This document shows positions 60,949-64,000 of a stretch of 64,000 nt of DNA, piece by piece. Below the pieces are notes generated by a model. It saw nothing but the letters and a program-made list of their open reading frames with translations. It was not told the origin of the DNA and ran no database searches. This DNA comes from Mobula birostris (Eukaryota), in NCBI RefSeq assembly GCF_030028105.1, contig NC_092375.1:141139035-141203034 (forward strand), read 5' to 3'. The position numbers and the translations under genes were made by a program. Each line of letters begins with the position of its first letter. Within the stretch, counting starts at the first letter, position 1.

Positions 60949-63900
60949 AACTGTAGCCACCAAAGTTCAGATCTGTATACGGACTGCAAATTAAACTTAA
61001 AATGCGGTGCTGGTCAAGGTGAACCGCAGTTAAATGGAAAACCAAATATTGCTGAATTAACTTTCAATTAGGTGTCCATAGTGTGGATGAAGAGAAGGAG
61101 GTGTGAAAGATATACGTAATTTGAAGGAAATATTGTAGATACATCATAAATATAGAATTGTCCTTCAGTATTTAACATATAAAATGTCACGTAATGTTGG
61201 GTCGAGCAGGCCTTCTCCTCTGAAAGGCTGTAAGTATAATGCCTGCTGTGTCTCATTTTGTTCATATCTACCAACTGCCTCTACAGACATTGCATTCATA
61301 TTATTGTAGGGTTACTACAGATTAGTGTCTAAATAAAGAATCAACCCCATTACAAAGATTTCTCTGCAATATGTTCCTGATGACAGAAGCTATTTAGTAC
61401 TCTTGAGCATGGGCAGTTCACCTGGGATGTTGTTTTGGACTGGGAGTTGTTGACCGTGATCATGAAGGGTGTGGTCAGGGTTCCTGGCTTCTGGGCTGCA
61501 AGTTGCTGTCAGAGTTCATGTCGAAAAGGAAGGGAAGAGTGAAGGAGAAAACATCAAATCAATTAGGGGAGGTAAACAGTTCAGGAAAAGGTAACATCTG
61601 ACTGGAGAAACATATGCCAAGATTTGTATGAAAATACCATTCATATTTTGAACAGAACTAGGCTGTCATCTTTTCAACATAAAGACTTGCAAAATGTTTT
61701 GAAGGTAGGAGGATTTGAATCTTATTATCTTGTGAGAAGTTCATTTATCCCCAGTTTTCACTGGGCAGTACATTTAAGTTAACCTTTTCATGACAAAATT
61801 CATTAGTTGTGCCTGGTGTTCCATCTTCATGTTGCTCATTGAAGCAAAGTTTTAGTCAATAATGCAGCTGCCGACTCTGCTTTCTAAGGATGATTGGATG
61901 CCAACAACGGTTTGGTGATTGGCATTTGCAGAGGAAACTAAGTATGAGCAAGTTTGCACTTTATGTGTTATACAAAGTGGTTTGGATCTGGAGGAACACT
62001 AGAGTGCCACCTCTCAATTCGCCGATAACACAACTGTTGCTGGCAGAATCTCAGAGGGTGACGAAGAGGCATACAGCAGTGAGACATCAGATAGTTGCAA
62101 CAACAACATTGCACTCAATGTCAGTAAGACCAAGGAATTTATTGTGGATTTCAGGAAGGGGAAGTTGAGAGAAAAGACCTCAATGCATCTAACCACTTGA
62201 TCCTGTTACTTTTAGATAACAACATCACAGAAGTCCATCTGCAGCCTTCAAAGAGCCTTAAGTTTCTCCTTCAGTACCTGTCTTCCAGCAAGGCAGTTCA
62301 AGGTTCCAGCTACACTTGAGACACTGTTTCTTGATTCTTCTGCGCAATAGCCAAACTTTATGTCATGCTTTTGTACCTTTGGAAAGTGATCCTTTTCTCT
62401 TTCCATCATATCAACTGATTGTTTAATTAGGAATGAACCCTATTCAAATCTCTCAAACGTTTTCTAGATTTGAGACAAAACAAAAGATGCCTTCAACATT
62501 TAAGAAATACATGAGCAGCTTTTACTTGTCTGTGCCACTTAATCACTTGTTTCTGACACCTTTAGGTAACAACATCACAGAAAAAAACATTGTTTTCCAG
62601 GCAAACATCTTGCACAGAGTCCGTCACTTCTCATACAATAGCCGGCCTCTATTTCCTGTCACCAATGTCCGAGACCACACTCAGTTTTTCTACCCAGAGC
62701 AACAGTTTATCTGTACTTTTTTGATCATATAGTTAGCCTTCATCACTGCACTACACTGTAAACAATTTAAACCACTTTTTATAATGGTGCTTATGTTGTA
62801 AATACAGGTTGCTATTAATGTATTGTTGCACATTTTATTACATATTGACACTTTAAACTCTATTTATCTTTTATATACTATCGTATTCTTTATAATTGCT
62901 GAATGTTGTTTTTTTGTTGCATGTCATTCCAGCACATCACAGCAAATTCCTAATACGTATACTGTAAACGTAGATGGTGAATATGATCAATCCTTGATAA
63001 TCCTTGATCTTTGATGAACCTTGTTTCTGGACAATACACTGTAGACACTTCTCGGGACTTGTTCTTTGCAGCAACAGGCAGAGCAGTGAAGAGATCATTA
63101 TCCCAGTGCAAAACCAAACTGCTAGTCTTGCCATTTTCAATCTTGGTCACCCCTGACCTCATATTCTTCAATATAAGTCGGGGGAACCGCTTAATATCTT
63201 CTCACCAGGCCTTCCTAACTCAGCAGAGCAACCAACAATTTCAGGTACTCAGCATTTCCTACATATTTCATCCAGATTTCCAGAAATCCCCCCACGTTCC
63301 TTTGGTACATTCAGTTTTAACACACTCAAAGTGTAGCAGGAAGTCAGCAGGCCAGGCAGCATCTCTGAAGGGAAATGAACAGTCGTGATTGATGAAGGGT
63401 CCTGGCCTGAAATGCTGATTGTTCATTTCCCTATGTAGATGCTGTCATAAATCTTGAACTTTGCTCCAGAATTTTGTGTGTGTTACTCCAGATTTCCAGC
63501 ATCTGTAAAGTCTCTGTCTGCATTCAGATTTCTTTGTTACTTTGCTTGCTCAAATGGCCCTTTCTTTCACCTTGGGCTTTCAAGCTTCCTATCATTTAGT
63601 GTCTATTGACTTCCATCTTATCACTGAAGTTTCCTTTGTTCTGCCTGGGTCTGCTCCTTTCCTCTGCATCGTAAAAGTTGTTTCACCTATCCGCGGCCTG
63701 AAACTTTTGTGGATTACAACCCACTCAAGCCACAGCCTGTGGTCTCACCCCTCTCATGCCTTACCCCAAACTATGGTTACATTAATCTTTTGGGTCCTGT
63801 GATCTCCCAGCCTCAGCCATTCCATCAGCAAGTGCCAGGCCACAGAGCAGCTGGTAGGATAAGCACTGCCCATAGGTCTGCTGATGGGTTGTTCTGTCAC

Positions 63901-64000
63901 AAGGTCTCTGCATTAATTCCAAACAGTGGAAAGAGTTAATATAATTTAAAAAGCAGTGCCAAATCAGAGATCAGAAGCCTGAGAAGACATAGATCACTCA

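Overview
Vertebrate genomic DNA, repeat-rich, with no prokaryotic features. The mix of CR1, Rex-Babar, Penelope, HERO and Gypsy repeats suggests a cartilaginous fish, probably a ray; this is inference. The window is a head-to-tail tandem array of ~15-29 kb units. Each unit carries one minus-strand, 10-coding-exon gene that the ORF track misses because the exons are only 33-132 nt. Hand-splicing gives three paralogues (13365->7607, 38959->33427, 57114->48779) of secreted phosphoprotein 2 (SPP2/Spp24, cystatin-cathelin fold). Unlike single-copy mammalian SPP2, each paralogue has a tail built from five duplicated phase-0 mini-exons of about 45 nt, mostly encoding two S-x-E (Fam20C-type) sites. 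This is a casein/SCPP-like design on a non-SCPP scaffold. Each copy also has a second candidate terminal exon with its own AATAAA inside intron 5, which predicts short and long isoforms. Unit homology at both window ends predicts more paralogues outside the window. A near-invariant non-coding block lies upstream of each gene. The rest is transposable elements: a deleted ERV (Ser PBS, env with ISD/CX6CC), a non-autonomous SCAN-gag Gypsy whose LTRs share ~65 bp with a nearby HERO 3' end, a hAT/Buster fossil, many CR1 and Rex fragments, SINEs and solo LTRs. Exon coordinates were counted by hand; TE boundaries are approximate unless a TSD is given.
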